This document shows positions 1-10,488 of a stretch of 60,887 bases of DNA, in pieces (within the stretch, counting starts at the first letter, position 1; every line of letters begins with the position of its first letter). A program made the translations under genes and the position numbers. The DNA comes from a virus (Duplodnaviria; Caudoviricetes): IMG/VR virus record IMGVR_UViG_3300042476_000233, positions 1 through 60,887 of that record; one strand, 5' to 3'. The notes beneath the pieces are model-generated. The model was not told the DNA's origin, did not search any database, and was given only the letters and a program-made list of their open reading frames with translations.

Positions 1-19
1 TCCGGCGGCTTCCTGAAAC

Positions 20-514
20 TCATTGCTGTACCTTGTCGAGTAAGTAGTAACCCACCCCAATCAGGGCGACTGCCACGAAGGCAATTGCTGCGCCGTACTT
101 GGCGTTGAGCATGAACTCCTGCTGCCGAAGGCGGTGCTCACGCTCCTTCTTCTCGCGCTCCTTCTTGAGTCGGATGCGCTCCATGATCATCTCGTTGTAG
201 ACGTTCTCACCGTAGTGAGCGACGATCAGAATCTTGAGTTCGTACTCCTGCTTGATCAGCGCCTGCTTGTGCATCGTGATCTGCAAGGCTTCATTCTCAA
301 TGCTGTCGTCGTGCAGCAGCCGCTTGAAGACCGATGGCTTCTTATTGGCCTTCTCGTTGGCTAGGCGGTTGAAGTCACCAAACGCCCCGTACCACTTGCC
401 GATCTGACCGGCAACATCTTGAATCTCGCGCCCGGTGGCGACGAGTTTCTTAACTGCCCCAAACGCGGCATTCGCTGCTGAGACTGCCGCAAGAATGCCG
501 GTTATGGGTTCCAT
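20..514 (-). CDS. hypothetical coiled-coil protein with C-terminal transmembrane helix
   Basis: 164-aa ORF continuing the late operon; charged coiled-coil then hydrophobic GAAIAFVAVALIGVGYYLL. Confidence 0.75.
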   Translation of the reverse strand: MEPITGILAAVSAANAAFGAVKKLVATGREIQDVAGQIGKWYGAFGDFNRLANEKANKKPSVFKRLLHDDSIENEALQITMHKQALIKQEYELKILIVAHYGENVYNEMIMERIRLKKEREKKEREHRLRQQEFMLNAKYGAAIAFVAVALIGVGYYLLDKVQQ

Positions 515-816
515 TACGGCTGTGCGGCGTCGTTTACCTGTCCGCCAAACTTCTTGACTATATTAAATATGCGTGTACTGGGTTCAAGCGCCACAATTTC
601 GTGCGGCTGGTGCGCTGGAAAATTTACAAGTTGCCCCGGAACAGCCTCAATAAGCCAGTCCTCTCCACGAACCTTAATTTTTCCCCGCGCAACAATAGTG
701 ATGTGGGCCGTATCTTCGTCGTGATCATGTTTGGGCAAAACATCGCCAGCGTCCTCAAATGTGTACATGAACACTACCAAATCCCCCACACCTGCTATGG
801 TTTCAACCAACAACAT
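514..816 (-). CDS. cupin-fold protein
   Basis: Cupin metal motifs LPKHDH...AHITIVARG and FPAHQPHEIVALE. Confidence 0.75.
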   Translation of the reverse strand: MLLVETIAGVGDLVVFMYTFEDAGDVLPKHDHDEDTAHITIVARGKIKVRGEDWLIEAVPGQLVNFPAHQPHEIVALEPSTRIFNIVKKFGGQVNDAAQP

Positions 817-1024
817 TTGGACCCGTTCCAGTTGTGGGTTCTTCTAGTACAGGCTCTGGTTCTGGAGGAGGGGCAACAAACTGCGTGCCATCCCAAGTCC
901 AACCGATGCCCGCGCTTCCAGAAAGCGGAACAATAATACAGCCCGGTGGAGGAGCCCAATTAAATCCTTCTTCCAGCACGATGGTGTTTACCACCAAGCC
1001 TTGATCCACAACAGCAAAATACAT
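803..1024 (-). CDS. small tail-associated protein
   Basis: 73 aa with AGIGWTWDGTQFVAP, a motif typical of small genes next to Gly-rich tail proteins. Confidence 0.65.
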   Translation of the reverse strand: MYFAVVDQGLVVNTIVLEEGFNWAPPPGCIIVPLSGSAGIGWTWDGTQFVAPPPEPEPVLEEPTTGTGPNVVG

Positions 1025-1036
1025 TTTGATTCTCCG

Positions 1037-1948
1037 TCAATCAATCACGGTTATGACCACCCGCCCTGCGGCGCCACTACCGCTAAAGCCAGTGCCGCCG
1101 CTAATAGCGCCGCCACCCCCAGAAGGGGCAGTTCCCGACCCAGGAGAAGAGCCAGAGCCGCCGCCCCCAGCACCAGCATAAGAACTAGCGCCGCCTGAAG
1201 TAACGGCGGTATTGACGGAGCCACCGCCACCTCCGCCGCCCCAAACCGACGCACCACCAGCACCACTCATCGTCCCGCAAGAAAACGATACAGAACCACC
1301 ACCTCCGCCGCCCAAGTAGTAGCCTGCATTTCCTGCGACACCGGGGGTCTGGTTGCCGCCTCCGGCACCTTGATTCCCTGCCCGGGGGTCACCCGAATTT
1401 GTTACATTGTTTGCGTTGGCGCCACCATTAACACCTGTGGATAACTGACCCCCGCCTCCGCCTCCAGTACCCCCTGAAAAAACTTGCCCGTTACCCCCAC
1501 CGCCGCCGTAAGCATAAACAGCCGTGCCAAAAGACGTTGTACCCCCTGCGTTCCCAACACTTATTCCGCCTGACGCATCTATCCCCGCACCGCCACTACC
1601 GATGGTTACGCTTACCGTAGAGCCAAGCGAAGAAAGTGCGAGCCACGCATAGTTGTAGCCGCCCCCACCTCCGCCCCCCACAGCACTACCCGCGCCGCCC
1701 GAGCCACCGCCGCCCCAGCACTGAACAAAGACACGCGCGTTTGCGCTAAAACCAGATGGTTTAGTCCAAGTGCCGCTACTATTAAATGTTTGGACGTTAC
1801 TTGCTTGGGAACTACTAGACGCTGCACTTGTCCACGCTGACCCGTTGGAAGTCAGCACATTGCCGCTTGTACCGGGGGCTGGCAACGCCGTGGTTTGTGT
1901 AGTGCTGTCCGGGAATTGAACGCCGGTAGAAACGAGTGAGGTGGGCAT
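1037..1948 (-). CDS. glycine-rich tail-associated protein
   Basis: TFNSSGTWTKP...VQCWGGGGSGG...GSGAAGRVVITV Gly-rich domain; GGAG RBS upstream. Confidence 0.8.
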   Translation of the reverse strand: MPTSLVSTGVQFPDSTTQTTALPAPGTSGNVLTSNGSAWTSAASSSSQASNVQTFNSSGTWTKPSGFSANARVFVQCWGGGGSGGAGSAVGGGGGGGYNYAWLALSSLGSTVSVTIGSGGAGIDASGGISVGNAGGTTSFGTAVYAYGGGGGNGQVFSGGTGGGGGGQLSTGVNGGANANNVTNSGDPRAGNQGAGGGNQTPGVAGNAGYYLGGGGGGSVSFSCGTMSGAGGASVWGGGGGGGSVNTAVTSGGASSYAGAGGGGSGSSPGSGTAPSGGGGAISGGTGFSGSGAAGRVVITVID

Positions 1949-1957
1949 TTGGACTCC

Positions 1958-3238
1958 TTAGACGGTGCCGTTGGCGGTGATGTCACTCAGCGCGGTGAGC
2001 ACGCCAGTGGAACTGATGGACAAAATCGGGGTGCCGTTGTAACTGATCACCAGTTTAGTGCCGGACTGCGCCACTGTGAAGTTGGTCGTGGCCAGCGTGG
2101 TGGCTGCTGCGGCAGTTGTTGCCGTGGTCGCAGATGTGGCGGTAGTGGCTGAAGTTGCGGTGGTCGCGGATGTCGCGGATGTGGCCGTGGCCGCGTTGCC
2201 GCTGATGTTGATGCCCCAGGTGCCGCTTGCGCCCGTGCCGGTATTTGACGGCACCGAAAGGTTTGACCGAGCAGTAGCCGCATCCGAAGCCCCCGTACCG
2301 CCGTTGGCCACGGCCAGCGTGCCGGTGAAACTGATGTTGGGCGTTGCCCCGCCAGACGAGGCCAAGGGTGCCGAAGCAGTAACCGCTGTGATCGTACCGC
2401 CCGAGCCAGAGGCCGACAGCGTGCCACCTGCAAAACTGATGCCCGATCCGATGGTGACGTTGCTGAACCCACCCGCGCCGTTGCCATACAGGATGGCCGT
2501 GCCGGACGTGGCCGGAGCGTAGTCAGTACCCGCCACAGCCGCAGTGAACGCACTCGTCCCGCTGGCCTTGACGATGCCCGTCAGGGTGTTCACCCCCGTA
2601 CCGCCGTTGGCCACAGGCAGGATGCCGGTGACATTTGTCGTCAGGTTGGCAAACTGAGTTGATGTCGTTCCCGTGCCGCCGTTGGCTATAGGCAAAGTAC
2701 CGGAGACTTGGGAGGTCAAACTGACCGCAGACAGCGAGCCGCCAAGCGTCAGAGAGCCGGTGGAGGTGACCGTACCACTGAGCGTCAAGCCCTGAACTGT
2801 GCCGGTGCCGGACACCGAGGTCACCCCGTCTGCCGTCGAGGTGGAGATCGTGACGAAGTCCGTACCGGTCCAAGCCACAAGCGCCCGAGCACCCGCAGCG
2901 ACAGAAGTGCCAGTGGTGGCAGAACCCTTGACGACAACCGCCGCGTCTGACTGGTTGTGGACGATGTAGGCTTTGCTGGTGCTGGGAGCGATGATGTTCC
3001 GCGTGACACCCGGCGAGCCAGTAGGGACGAGGATCGCGCACCGCGCCTGATTGACCGCACCGGAGCCGGTGGTGGTCAGAGTCCAATCGCTCAGAGCGAC
3101 TGTTTGGGTGGCCGTCGCAGCAATGGAGTCTTCGACCAACTCCGTGATGCTGTTGTTGACCGTAGTCCCCCAGGTGCCGTCGAGTTCGCCCTCGACTGGA
3201 AGAGCAAACCCGAGCAGTGAGGTGTACGCGGTGGTCAT
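1958..3238 (-). CDS. tail fibre/tail structural protein
   Basis: 426 aa S/T/G-rich; repeated LPVANGGTG and GTWGINISGNAATAT motifs. Confidence 0.8.
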   Translation of the reverse strand: MTTAYTSLLGFALPVEGELDGTWGTTVNNSITELVEDSIAATATQTVALSDWTLTTTGSGAVNQARCAILVPTGSPGVTRNIIAPSTSKAYIVHNQSDAAVVVKGSATTGTSVAAGARALVAWTGTDFVTISTSTADGVTSVSGTGTVQGLTLSGTVTSTGSLTLGGSLSAVSLTSQVSGTLPIANGGTGTTSTQFANLTTNVTGILPVANGGTGVNTLTGIVKASGTSAFTAAVAGTDYAPATSGTAILYGNGAGGFSNVTIGSGISFAGGTLSASGSGGTITAVTASAPLASSGGATPNISFTGTLAVANGGTGASDAATARSNLSVPSNTGTGASGTWGINISGNAATATSATSATTATSATTATSATTATTAAAATTLATTNFTVAQSGTKLVISYNGTPILSISSTGVLTALSDITANGTV

Positions 3239-3247
3239 CGTGAATCC

Positions 3248-3430
3248 TTACTCTTTGGGCGGAGGCACCGCAACGGGCTGTCCCGCTGCCTTTTGCTGAT
3301 GCTCAACACCGATCTGGCGCATGCGCATGAACAGGTCGATGCACTCGCCCAACTGGCCCATCGCCAATTGTTTCATCAGCAGGTTGTACTCGGCAACAGT
3401 AACTTCACCCAAGTTGATCTTGTCGTTCAT
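3248..3430 (-). CDS. small helical protein, possible fibre assembly factor
   Basis: 60-aa ORF with GGAG RBS in tail cluster. Confidence 0.6.
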   Translation of the reverse strand: MNDKINLGEVTVAEYNLLMKQLAMGQLGECIDLFMRMRQIGVEHQQKAAGQPVAVPPPKE

Positions 3431-3443
3431 TCAAAGCACTCCA

Positions 3444-3797
3444 TTAAGGCGTGGGAGGGGTTGGCGCGGGCGGTGCCCACGGTAGCGGAGGTTCCGTTAC
3501 AGGGTTGACTTTAGCCGCAATTTGCTGCGCGATCTGCTCGTTGACGTGCTCTTCATAACTGCCGGTAACCACCGGCTGAATCCACCCCAGCACAATGGCC
3601 TGAGTGAGTTGGTCGAACGGCACGAAGTCCGGCTGATCCGGGGTAGGCGTGAAAGGCGTGGCGCCGTTGAAGGTGCCGGTGTTGCCGTTCTCGTCCGTGC
3701 CGGTCTTTGTCCAGTACGTCTGCACGACGTAGTTGGTTTCACTGCCGACGTTGGTCACCTTCATGCCGGTGACCGCCCAGGTGTATGTGATTGCCAT
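3444..3797 (-). CDS. tail-fibre-associated protein
   Basis: MAITYTW...FVPFDQLTQAIVLGWI...PPLPW pattern of the small gene commonly following phage fibres. Confidence 0.7.
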   Translation of the reverse strand: MAITYTWAVTGMKVTNVGSETNYVVQTYWTKTGTDENGNTGTFNGATPFTPTPDQPDFVPFDQLTQAIVLGWIQPVVTGSYEEHVNEQIAQQIAAKVNPVTEPPLPWAPPAPTPPTP

Positions 3798-3806
3798 GAT
3801 GTTTCC

Positions 3807-6800
3807 TTAATGTGCCCGCAGGGCGTTGAGTTCTGCCCGGAGGGCGACAACCGATTTTGCCAATTCCACGCATGCTGCCAAGGCTGCGTTGCCATAAGCA
3901 AGCGACAACGTACCGCTCGCGTCTTCACTGACCGCCTCGGGCCCGAAATCGCGGAAGTCCTGAGCAGACACGCCCATCTGACGCTCGCCGGAATCAATCC
4001 GGGTGTAGGTGCCACTCTTAATACGCGCCAGACGCTCAACGAAGTCGTCCGACAGTTCAGCCCAATCCTTCTTCAGCCGCTCATCCGAAAAGGCAGTTAC
4101 GTTACCGGCCATCGTGAGGTTGCCAGACATGTCCATTTGGAAGCGGTTTGCAGGTGCAGACCAGCCTCCGATGCGGAGTACGTTGTCCGAATCCAGACCC
4201 ATGTTGACGGCGTAACTGCCGCCACGATGGAACGACATGAACGCACTATTTCCGCCAGTGGCATAGGCTTGAAGCGGCGGGTTGCTTAATGACCCGGAGG
4301 TGCCGCCCAGGTTTGACTGGAAATACCAAGTGCCGTACACAGTTGCGTTATTAAGCGAAGAACTGCTCGCCGGGTCGAGGTAATAGGAGGTGTTGTTGTA
4401 GTCGTAGAAGATTGTTCCGCGAATATCAGCCGGAGTTACCAGTCTGCCGCCGCCCCACGCGCCTTGGAATCCACCGTTCTCCAAGATAAGCATGCCGTGA
4501 GAGGCAAGGTTTGACGCCACACCACCCGCGTTCGGATGCGACCACGCAATACCGTACAGGTTGCCCGTGCCCGTTCCGTTTGCCGGGAGAATATAGGATT
4601 CCCCCATTGAAAACACGGCTTGGTAGCGGAATGAGTCATACAGTCCAACCTGCCCGATACCGTAGTTTCGGGACACCATGTTGGAGTTGTAGTACACCTT
4701 GTTGAGTTCAGATGTACTTGCCGGGTCTACGTAATACCCGGTGTTATCGCTGTCATAGAAGATGGGGGCGCGGGCACTATTCGCAAAAATACTGTACCCA
4801 CGATCTACGCTGAAGTAAGAGTCATAGTAATAACGCCAGTACCAGCCCACAGCACTGTCATGTATGCCAGTTGTAACTCCACCATTATTGGTGTCGGTCA
4901 TCAATGTTATGCGCGAACCAAGGCCGTACCCAGTCCACGAATTGCGACCGACTGCATAAGTTGTTACGTTGCCGTATTGGTTGCCTCCAGACTGCGGAGC
5001 CCACAATCCATACCCGTAGGTCTGGAAATAAAGACCCGTGTCGCCCTGGGGACGGAACCAGTTGTTTGCAAGAACGTAACTTAATTGCGTAGTGCCCGCC
5101 GGATCAACGTAATACCCGGTGTCGTTGCTGTCGTAGAAGATGGGGGCGCGGAAGGAGCCGCTTGCAAAAACGTTACCGGAGGTATCAATTCCGGCAATTG
5201 TTGCGCCTGCGGCTTCCGAATAGAAGTGGAAATCTGCGGTACTAACCACTTGGTTAGCCGTCCGTTTACCAACATACCAACCACTACCTGATCCGCCGTT
5301 ATAGCGAACCATTGCTTCATAACCATTGCCGGGATTGATATAAAGGTACTTATTGGAAGCACCAATAAGGGTAAGATCAAAAAGAGCGGATGTACTCGCC
5401 GGGTCTACGTAATACCCGGTGTTGTTCAAGTCGTAAAAAATAGGCGCGCGCAAACTACTGGTATGCGACAACAGGCTTGCATTAATATCTACCCACGTGG
5501 CGCTGCTGTCATTACTACGGAGGTAGTAATTTGACGCATTCATGTAAATGGATGCGTTGTTACCTAACCATAATTTTGTAGCCCCACTAGGATCGTAGAA
5601 TTCCGTCCATGTAGCGCCACGGTTTAGAGCGTTTACCCCGCCAAGTTGTAATAGGTTGCCGCTCAGGTTCAGACCAACAAACGTCGGGCTGTTTCCAGTG
5701 CCTAAGTTCTGGTTAATCGTGTACGCCGTGATATTGCTGGACGTACCCGTAATAGAGATGCCCCAAGTACCCGAGGCACCGCCGCCCGTCAGCGTGGGGG
5801 CGTAGGAGTTGTAGTTGCCTGCATGGAGGACTTGGTTGCCGCCTTGTTGCAACGCTCCTGTAGCTACGTTGACTGTGCTGCCTGTAAGCCTTAACGAAGC
5901 GCCGGAAGATTGAAGGTTCAGTGTGCCATAAGTGCTGGTGTTGCGGTCGTAGACAATAATGTAGCCTTCGCCACTGCTCATGCCCACTTCAACTGCTTGC
6001 CCCGTTGCGGCATTCCCGCTATACCAGCCTGTAAAACGCCCCTGCCCCGTGGTGCTAACGTCACCAGAAAAATTACGCTGAGAAGTGGTAGTTGAATTGG
6101 TAGCCGTAGCAGCATTGCCGCTGATTGAAATGCCCCACGTCCCGCTTGCGTTCGCACCGGTTGTGCTTGGCGCGCCGATGGTGTTGTAGGAGACGGTCAG
6201 AGCACCACTGCCGTTGAAGCCGTTACCCGATGCCGCCCCCGCGCCGCTGTTGTTGAACGTGACGGAGTTGCTGACCTGCGTAGCCGTGGTCGAGGTTGTG
6301 GAGGTCGTCGCAGTCGCGGCGTTACCCGTGATGTTGATGTTCCACGTACCAGAAGCACCAGAGCCGGTCACAGACGGGATGTCAGTGCCGATCACTAGAC
6401 CCAGATTGCTGCGGGCTCCAGAAGCATCCGTCGCGCCCGTGCCGCCGTTGACCAACTGAAGCGTGCCGCTGACATGCGTCTGAAGACCAATCTTGCCCCA
6501 GGCAGGAGCCGTGCCCACACCACCCGAAATCAGGGCGTTGCCAGTGGCTACGTCAGCCAGTTTGGCCAGAGAAGTCGCCCCGTCTGCGTACAGCAGATCG
6601 CCCACCGTGTAGGACGTGATACCGGTGCCGCCGTAGGCTACACCAATCGTTGAGGCATTCCATGTACCCGCCGCAAGCGTGCCAACCCCGGTAATGCCGG
6701 TGTAGGAGCCAGACAGCCGCGCCACAGGCAACGTGCCCGAGGTGATGTTCGATGCGTTGGTCGTGTCTGTCGTAGCCGACGCAGCCAATCCTGACACCGC

Positions 6801-7880
6801 ACCCGCGCTGATGGCGATGCCGGTGTTGGTCACGCTCGTGACCTGCCCCTGCGCGTTCGTGACAAACACGGGAACCTGTGAGGCGGTGCCGTATGTGCCA
6901 GCCGTGCCGATGTTGGCAATGTTGAACGTGTAAGACGGAGACTCGCTCAGACCCGTGCCAGCCGTGTAGGTGATTGGCGCGGAGAACTGTTGAAAAACAA
7001 TCGCCGTGGTGCCGATGGTGATCGGAGGGGGAGTCTGCTGGACCCAAGCGGTGTTGACGTTGGCCGTGCCGCCGGTCACCAAGAAGAAGTCGCCCTCGTC
7101 GATCTGATCGACCCCTGTACCAACGGAGTCAAAGTCTGTAGCGCGGGTTAGGATAAAGGGCGCACCGGGCGAGGAGTTACCTGCCTGAGTTAGCGTATAC
7201 ACGCCGTTTTGCGCGCCGTCAGCTTGGTTCTTGATCAGAATCCGCGTGCCGTTGTCCGCAGGTGAAACGAACGTGTAGCCGTCAACCGTCAAAGCGCCGT
7301 TGGCGTTTGCTGTAAGCGTAGCCCCGACACCGCCCGTGCCGTTGTTGTATGTAACAGCAGGCAACGCTGCGGTGGTTGCATATCCCACAGCCTCGTGAAA
7401 GTGAATACCCGATGCAATGGCGTCAGCGTACTGCTTGTTAACGATGTCTGTGTTGTTGGTCGGCGTCGTGGAGATCGTGCCCGCCGTGATGTTGGCAGTC
7501 GTGATGTTGGCCGTGCCCACCCCCAGCGTGCCCACATCCAGCAAAGTAACCGCCGAGCCCGCTGCATCTAGATAGACCGCACGCTCTGCCGGGTAGGTGA
7601 CAAATACATCCTTGGTGCCTGCACCAAAGACCACCTTGCTGCCGGAGTTGCTTGACTCAAAGACCGTGGTGCGGGTCAGGGTAGGGCCAGCGGTCGTGTA
7701 CGTACCGATACCAACTTCCCAGTCACCCGTGGCTGAGTCGTAGATGGCGTAGTAGGTCGTGTTGCCGTTGCCTATGATGGCAAAAGACTGAAACCCGTAG
7801 ACCGCCCCGCCAAGCGTCAAGTCGGCGGTGCCCGTCGTAGTGGTAACTTCCTTGACCCGATCTTTTACGACAAGTGCCAT
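3807..7880 (-). CDS. long tail fibre with C-terminal intramolecular chaperone (peptidase S74-type) domain
   Basis: 1357 aa; N-terminal MALVVKDRVKE anchor; four RAPIFYD..TGYYVDPA-type repeats; C-terminal SDERLKKD...GVSAQD...LAYGN chaperone signature. Confidence 0.88.
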   Translation of the reverse strand: MALVVKDRVKEVTTTTGTADLTLGGAVYGFQSFAIIGNGNTTYYAIYDSATGDWEVGIGTYTTAGPTLTRTTVFESSNSGSKVVFGAGTKDVFVTYPAERAVYLDAAGSAVTLLDVGTLGVGTANITTANITAGTISTTPTNNTDIVNKQYADAIASGIHFHEAVGYATTAALPAVTYNNGTGGVGATLTANANGALTVDGYTFVSPADNGTRILIKNQADGAQNGVYTLTQAGNSSPGAPFILTRATDFDSVGTGVDQIDEGDFFLVTGGTANVNTAWVQQTPPPITIGTTAIVFQQFSAPITYTAGTGLSESPSYTFNIANIGTAGTYGTASQVPVFVTNAQGQVTSVTNTGIAISAGAVSGLAASATTDTTNASNITSGTLPVARLSGSYTGITGVGTLAAGTWNASTIGVAYGGTGITSYTVGDLLYADGATSLAKLADVATGNALISGGVGTAPAWGKIGLQTHVSGTLQLVNGGTGATDASGARSNLGLVIGTDIPSVTGSGASGTWNINITGNAATATTSTTSTTATQVSNSVTFNNSGAGAASGNGFNGSGALTVSYNTIGAPSTTGANASGTWGISISGNAATATNSTTTSQRNFSGDVSTTGQGRFTGWYSGNAATGQAVEVGMSSGEGYIIVYDRNTSTYGTLNLQSSGASLRLTGSTVNVATGALQQGGNQVLHAGNYNSYAPTLTGGGASGTWGISITGTSSNITAYTINQNLGTGNSPTFVGLNLSGNLLQLGGVNALNRGATWTEFYDPSGATKLWLGNNASIYMNASNYYLRSNDSSATWVDINASLLSHTSSLRAPIFYDLNNTGYYVDPASTSALFDLTLIGASNKYLYINPGNGYEAMVRYNGGSGSGWYVGKRTANQVVSTADFHFYSEAAGATIAGIDTSGNVFASGSFRAPIFYDSNDTGYYVDPAGTTQLSYVLANNWFRPQGDTGLYFQTYGYGLWAPQSGGNQYGNVTTYAVGRNSWTGYGLGSRITLMTDTNNGGVTTGIHDSAVGWYWRYYYDSYFSVDRGYSIFANSARAPIFYDSDNTGYYVDPASTSELNKVYYNSNMVSRNYGIGQVGLYDSFRYQAVFSMGESYILPANGTGTGNLYGIAWSHPNAGGVASNLASHGMLILENGGFQGAWGGGRLVTPADIRGTIFYDYNNTSYYLDPASSSSLNNATVYGTWYFQSNLGGTSGSLSNPPLQAYATGGNSAFMSFHRGGSYAVNMGLDSDNVLRIGGWSAPANRFQMDMSGNLTMAGNVTAFSDERLKKDWAELSDDFVERLARIKSGTYTRIDSGERQMGVSAQDFRDFGPEAVSEDASGTLSLAYGNAALAACVELAKSVVALRAELNALRAH

Positions 7881-7890
7881 TTTTGGTATC

Positions 7891-8742
7891 TCACGATTGG
7901 GTTTTCACGACGTTCCAGGGAGTGCTCTGGGCATCGTTAATTGTCGTCCATCCGGGGTTCTGCGGGTTGGATATGGTGCCCCAGTTGGCGTTCTGCGAGT
8001 CGTTGATGATTTCCCACAGAAGCCGCGCAGTGATCACATCCACTGCAACCGCGCCGTCAGTGACGATAGCAAAGAATGTGGCAACCGCCAATACAGAATC
8101 TGCCGCAGTGGCCTGCTCGGCAACCGTCGCGTTAAAGACAGACGGGGCAACAAGCGTGCTGTCCGAAGCCGTCGCCAACTCAGACACCAAAACGGCAAAC
8201 GCCACGGATGCTGCGACAGTTTCCGATGCCGTTGAACTCTCGTCGATGAAGACGTTGTAGGTGAGGGTGGCGACAAACGTGTCGCTGCCGGTGGCTGTCT
8301 CTGCTATGGATGCAAAGAACTGCGCCAACGCCTGCACCGCATCCGATGCCTGGGCAGATTCAGAGATTGTCGGAGCAAAGTCGGCCAGAGCAGAAACCGT
8401 GTCTGCGGAGGATGCGGCCTCAGATACCGACACCGCAAAGTCCACGAGAGCAGACATGGTGTCTGAACCCGAAACAGTGTCGGCCACACTGGCCTGGAAA
8501 TCCACCAAGACTGAAACCTGATCGGCTCCAGTAACCAACTCGCTTACATCTGCCGAGAAGGTGGACTCGGCAACTGCGACCTGATCTGCCGCAGTAATCT
8601 GCTCGTTCAGGTTGTCAAGGAAATCGGCGACGGCTGCAAACGCCGCAGATGCCGAAGCCGAATCCTCTACCGATGCATCAAAGGCAACACCGCCCCCCGC
8701 CGCAGCAAACGGCGCCTCCGCGAAGGCGGTTACCCCAAACAC
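7891..8742 (-). CDS. repetitive virion/tail protein
   Basis: MFGVTAFAEAPFAA start; roughly 21-aa periodic acidic Ala/Ser repeats. Confidence 0.7.
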   Translation of the reverse strand: MFGVTAFAEAPFAAAGGGVAFDASVEDSASASAAFAAVADFLDNLNEQITAADQVAVAESTFSADVSELVTGADQVSVLVDFQASVADTVSGSDTMSALVDFAVSVSEAASSADTVSALADFAPTISESAQASDAVQALAQFFASIAETATGSDTFVATLTYNVFIDESSTASETVAASVAFAVLVSELATASDSTLVAPSVFNATVAEQATAADSVLAVATFFAIVTDGAVAVDVITARLLWEIINDSQNANWGTISNPQNPGWTTINDAQSTPWNVVKTQS

Positions 8743-8754
8743 AAAGCCCTAGCC

Positions 8755-9333
8755 TCAAGCGGCATCGAGGCTGAAGGTGTAGGTCACGTTCAGCGTGTCG
8801 CCTGCCACAACCACGCGGTCGCCGGGAGACTGGAAGTCTGCTTCGGAGAACAGCACACCAGACGTGCCAGAGGCCACCGTGCAGAGGAACGCACCGGCCA
8901 CCGTGCCGCCACCGCCCGTGATGCTGAACTGCGAAGGAGAGGCCGAGTTGCTGATCACCGAAGGATCAGCCGTCGTAGCCGTACCGAACGTCACAGCCTT
9001 GCGCGAGCCAGAGTAGTTGGTGAACTCAGTCCAACCAATGTGCGAAGCCAAAGTGTCACCCGCAGCGTAGGCCGTACCCGAGCCGGGGCCAGTCACCAGA
9101 CCAAGGAAGAATCCAGCCGTGTAAGTGCTGCCCTTGAAGTACTGGGTGTTCATGTCCTGCAAACCTTGGTTGACCACGAGGTTGTGCATCTGGTCTTCCC
9201 ACTTCAGGTTGCCGTCCTTATCGAAGCACTGAACGTGGAAAACGCCGCCGCCCGAAGCACCCGAAGAGAAACCTGTTTTGGCTACCAGTCCTGCGGAAAC
9301 GCTATCCGAGGTGTGTGAGTTTTCGGTAAGCAT
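8755..9333 (-). CDS. tail structural protein
   Basis: KWEDQMHNLVVNQG...GDTLNVTYTFS beta-rich fold in tail cluster. Confidence 0.7.
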   Translation of the reverse strand: MLTENSHTSDSVSAGLVAKTGFSSGASGGGVFHVQCFDKDGNLKWEDQMHNLVVNQGLQDMNTQYFKGSTYTAGFFLGLVTGPGSGTAYAAGDTLASHIGWTEFTNYSGSRKAVTFGTATTADPSVISNSASPSQFSITGGGGTVAGAFLCTVASGTSGVLFSEADFQSPGDRVVVAGDTLNVTYTFSLDAA

Positions 9334-9342
9334 GAATATCTC

Positions 9343-9777
9343 CTATTCAATACGAATGATGGCGTTGGTGCTATCCGCGACGGGAAACTGCACTTGAAAA
9401 GACGTGACAGCGGTTTTGTCACTGCCAAAGTCAAGAACGCAAACAGTGGGGTTGCCCCCACCAACCTTGTAAATCAACGCCCCACGGCAGGTGAATGCCG
9501 CCGGGTTCCACGTAGCGTTGGCAAACGACAAGTACGCCGTCGTGTTGTTGGGGTTGTTACCAGTCGTGGGTGCAACACTGACGGTCAAAACTTCCCCACC
9601 TGCGGTGTAGCCACCACCAGTAGGAACTTCATTGGCAGTCGTGTATGCAGCCGTCGTCGGCCCAAGCGTGGCCCCGCCCGTGTAGAGCGCCATTTTGAAC
9701 GTGTCAGTGCTGAAGTTGAACTGGCCCGAGGCCATGCCCACCTTGAACTGATTGGTTGCACCCTGGTCGATGGGCAT
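9343..9777 (-). CDS. tail structural protein
   Basis: DTFKMALYT...GYTAGG...RGALIY...VLDFGSDK conserved virion pattern. Confidence 0.7.
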   Translation of the reverse strand: MPIDQGATNQFKVGMASGQFNFSTDTFKMALYTGGATLGPTTAAYTTANEVPTGGGYTAGGEVLTVSVAPTTGNNPNNTTAYLSFANATWNPAAFTCRGALIYKVGGGNPTVCVLDFGSDKTAVTSFQVQFPVADSTNAIIRIE

Positions 9778-10481
9778 TACTGGACACCTCTATTCTGAGG
9801 TAGCGGGGGCACACGGGCCTGCCCGCTGCGGTACGCATCGCTGCGCTCCAGACCGTCACCCAGACGCTTGGCCATCGCCAGTGCTTCCATGTACTTCTGG
9901 TTGTAGACGCCCATCATGTCTTGCTCACCCTTCATGTAGGTGTAAGCCTCAACCAGTGAGCCGTACAACAAAACCGTGTCGAAGTTGTCGCCCAACCACG
10001 TACGCCCATCAGCCGCCACAGTGATCGACTCAGGGTAGTAGTAATAGTGCAACTCGACGTTGTAGGTAGCGTCGGGCGTCGGGCCAAGAATGAACGACAA
10101 CTCGTCGGTAATGACAGGCGAAGGGTCGTTGGTCGTCGTAGGCCCAAACAGCGCGTAGTAGCGCGGGATGCCAGTGTCAGTCGTCGGGTTGGGGTACGCC
10201 TGCCGGATGAAGTTCACATCCTTGTTCAGCAAGTACTCGTAGTCACCGTTTGGAGCGATGACAGCCAACGAGTACACCGCCAAGAAGTCTCCAGGGCAGG
10301 AAAGGTACTTATTGGCCGACGACGTGACGCCCGTGACGTTCTTGCGCAGAGACGGAAACTGCACCGAGTTGTAAATGCGCTGCTCAGCCTGACGGACGAA
10401 CACCGGAATCTCCGCCTCGAAGGAGGAGTCTTGGTTCTCCGAATAGGCGATGATCGCCGCTTTCAACTCGTTGTAGGTCAT
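9777..10481 (-). CDS. head-tail adaptor/connector protein
   Basis: MTYNELKAAI...QAEQRI...LGPTPD...LLYGSLVEAY adaptor-like pattern. Confidence 0.7.
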   Translation of the reverse strand: MTYNELKAAIIAYSENQDSSFEAEIPVFVRQAEQRIYNSVQFPSLRKNVTGVTSSANKYLSCPGDFLAVYSLAVIAPNGDYEYLLNKDVNFIRQAYPNPTTDTGIPRYYALFGPTTTNDPSPVITDELSFILGPTPDATYNVELHYYYYPESITVAADGRTWLGDNFDTVLLYGSLVEAYTYMKGEQDMMGVYNQKYMEALAMAKRLGDGLERSDAYRSGQARVPPLPQNRGVQ

Positions 10482-10488
10482 CTCAACC

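Noticed and set aside
3807-7880. Diversity-generating retroelement or invertible shufflon acting on the fibre
   Set aside because: No reverse transcriptase, invertase or adenine-mismatched template/variable repeat pair seen.
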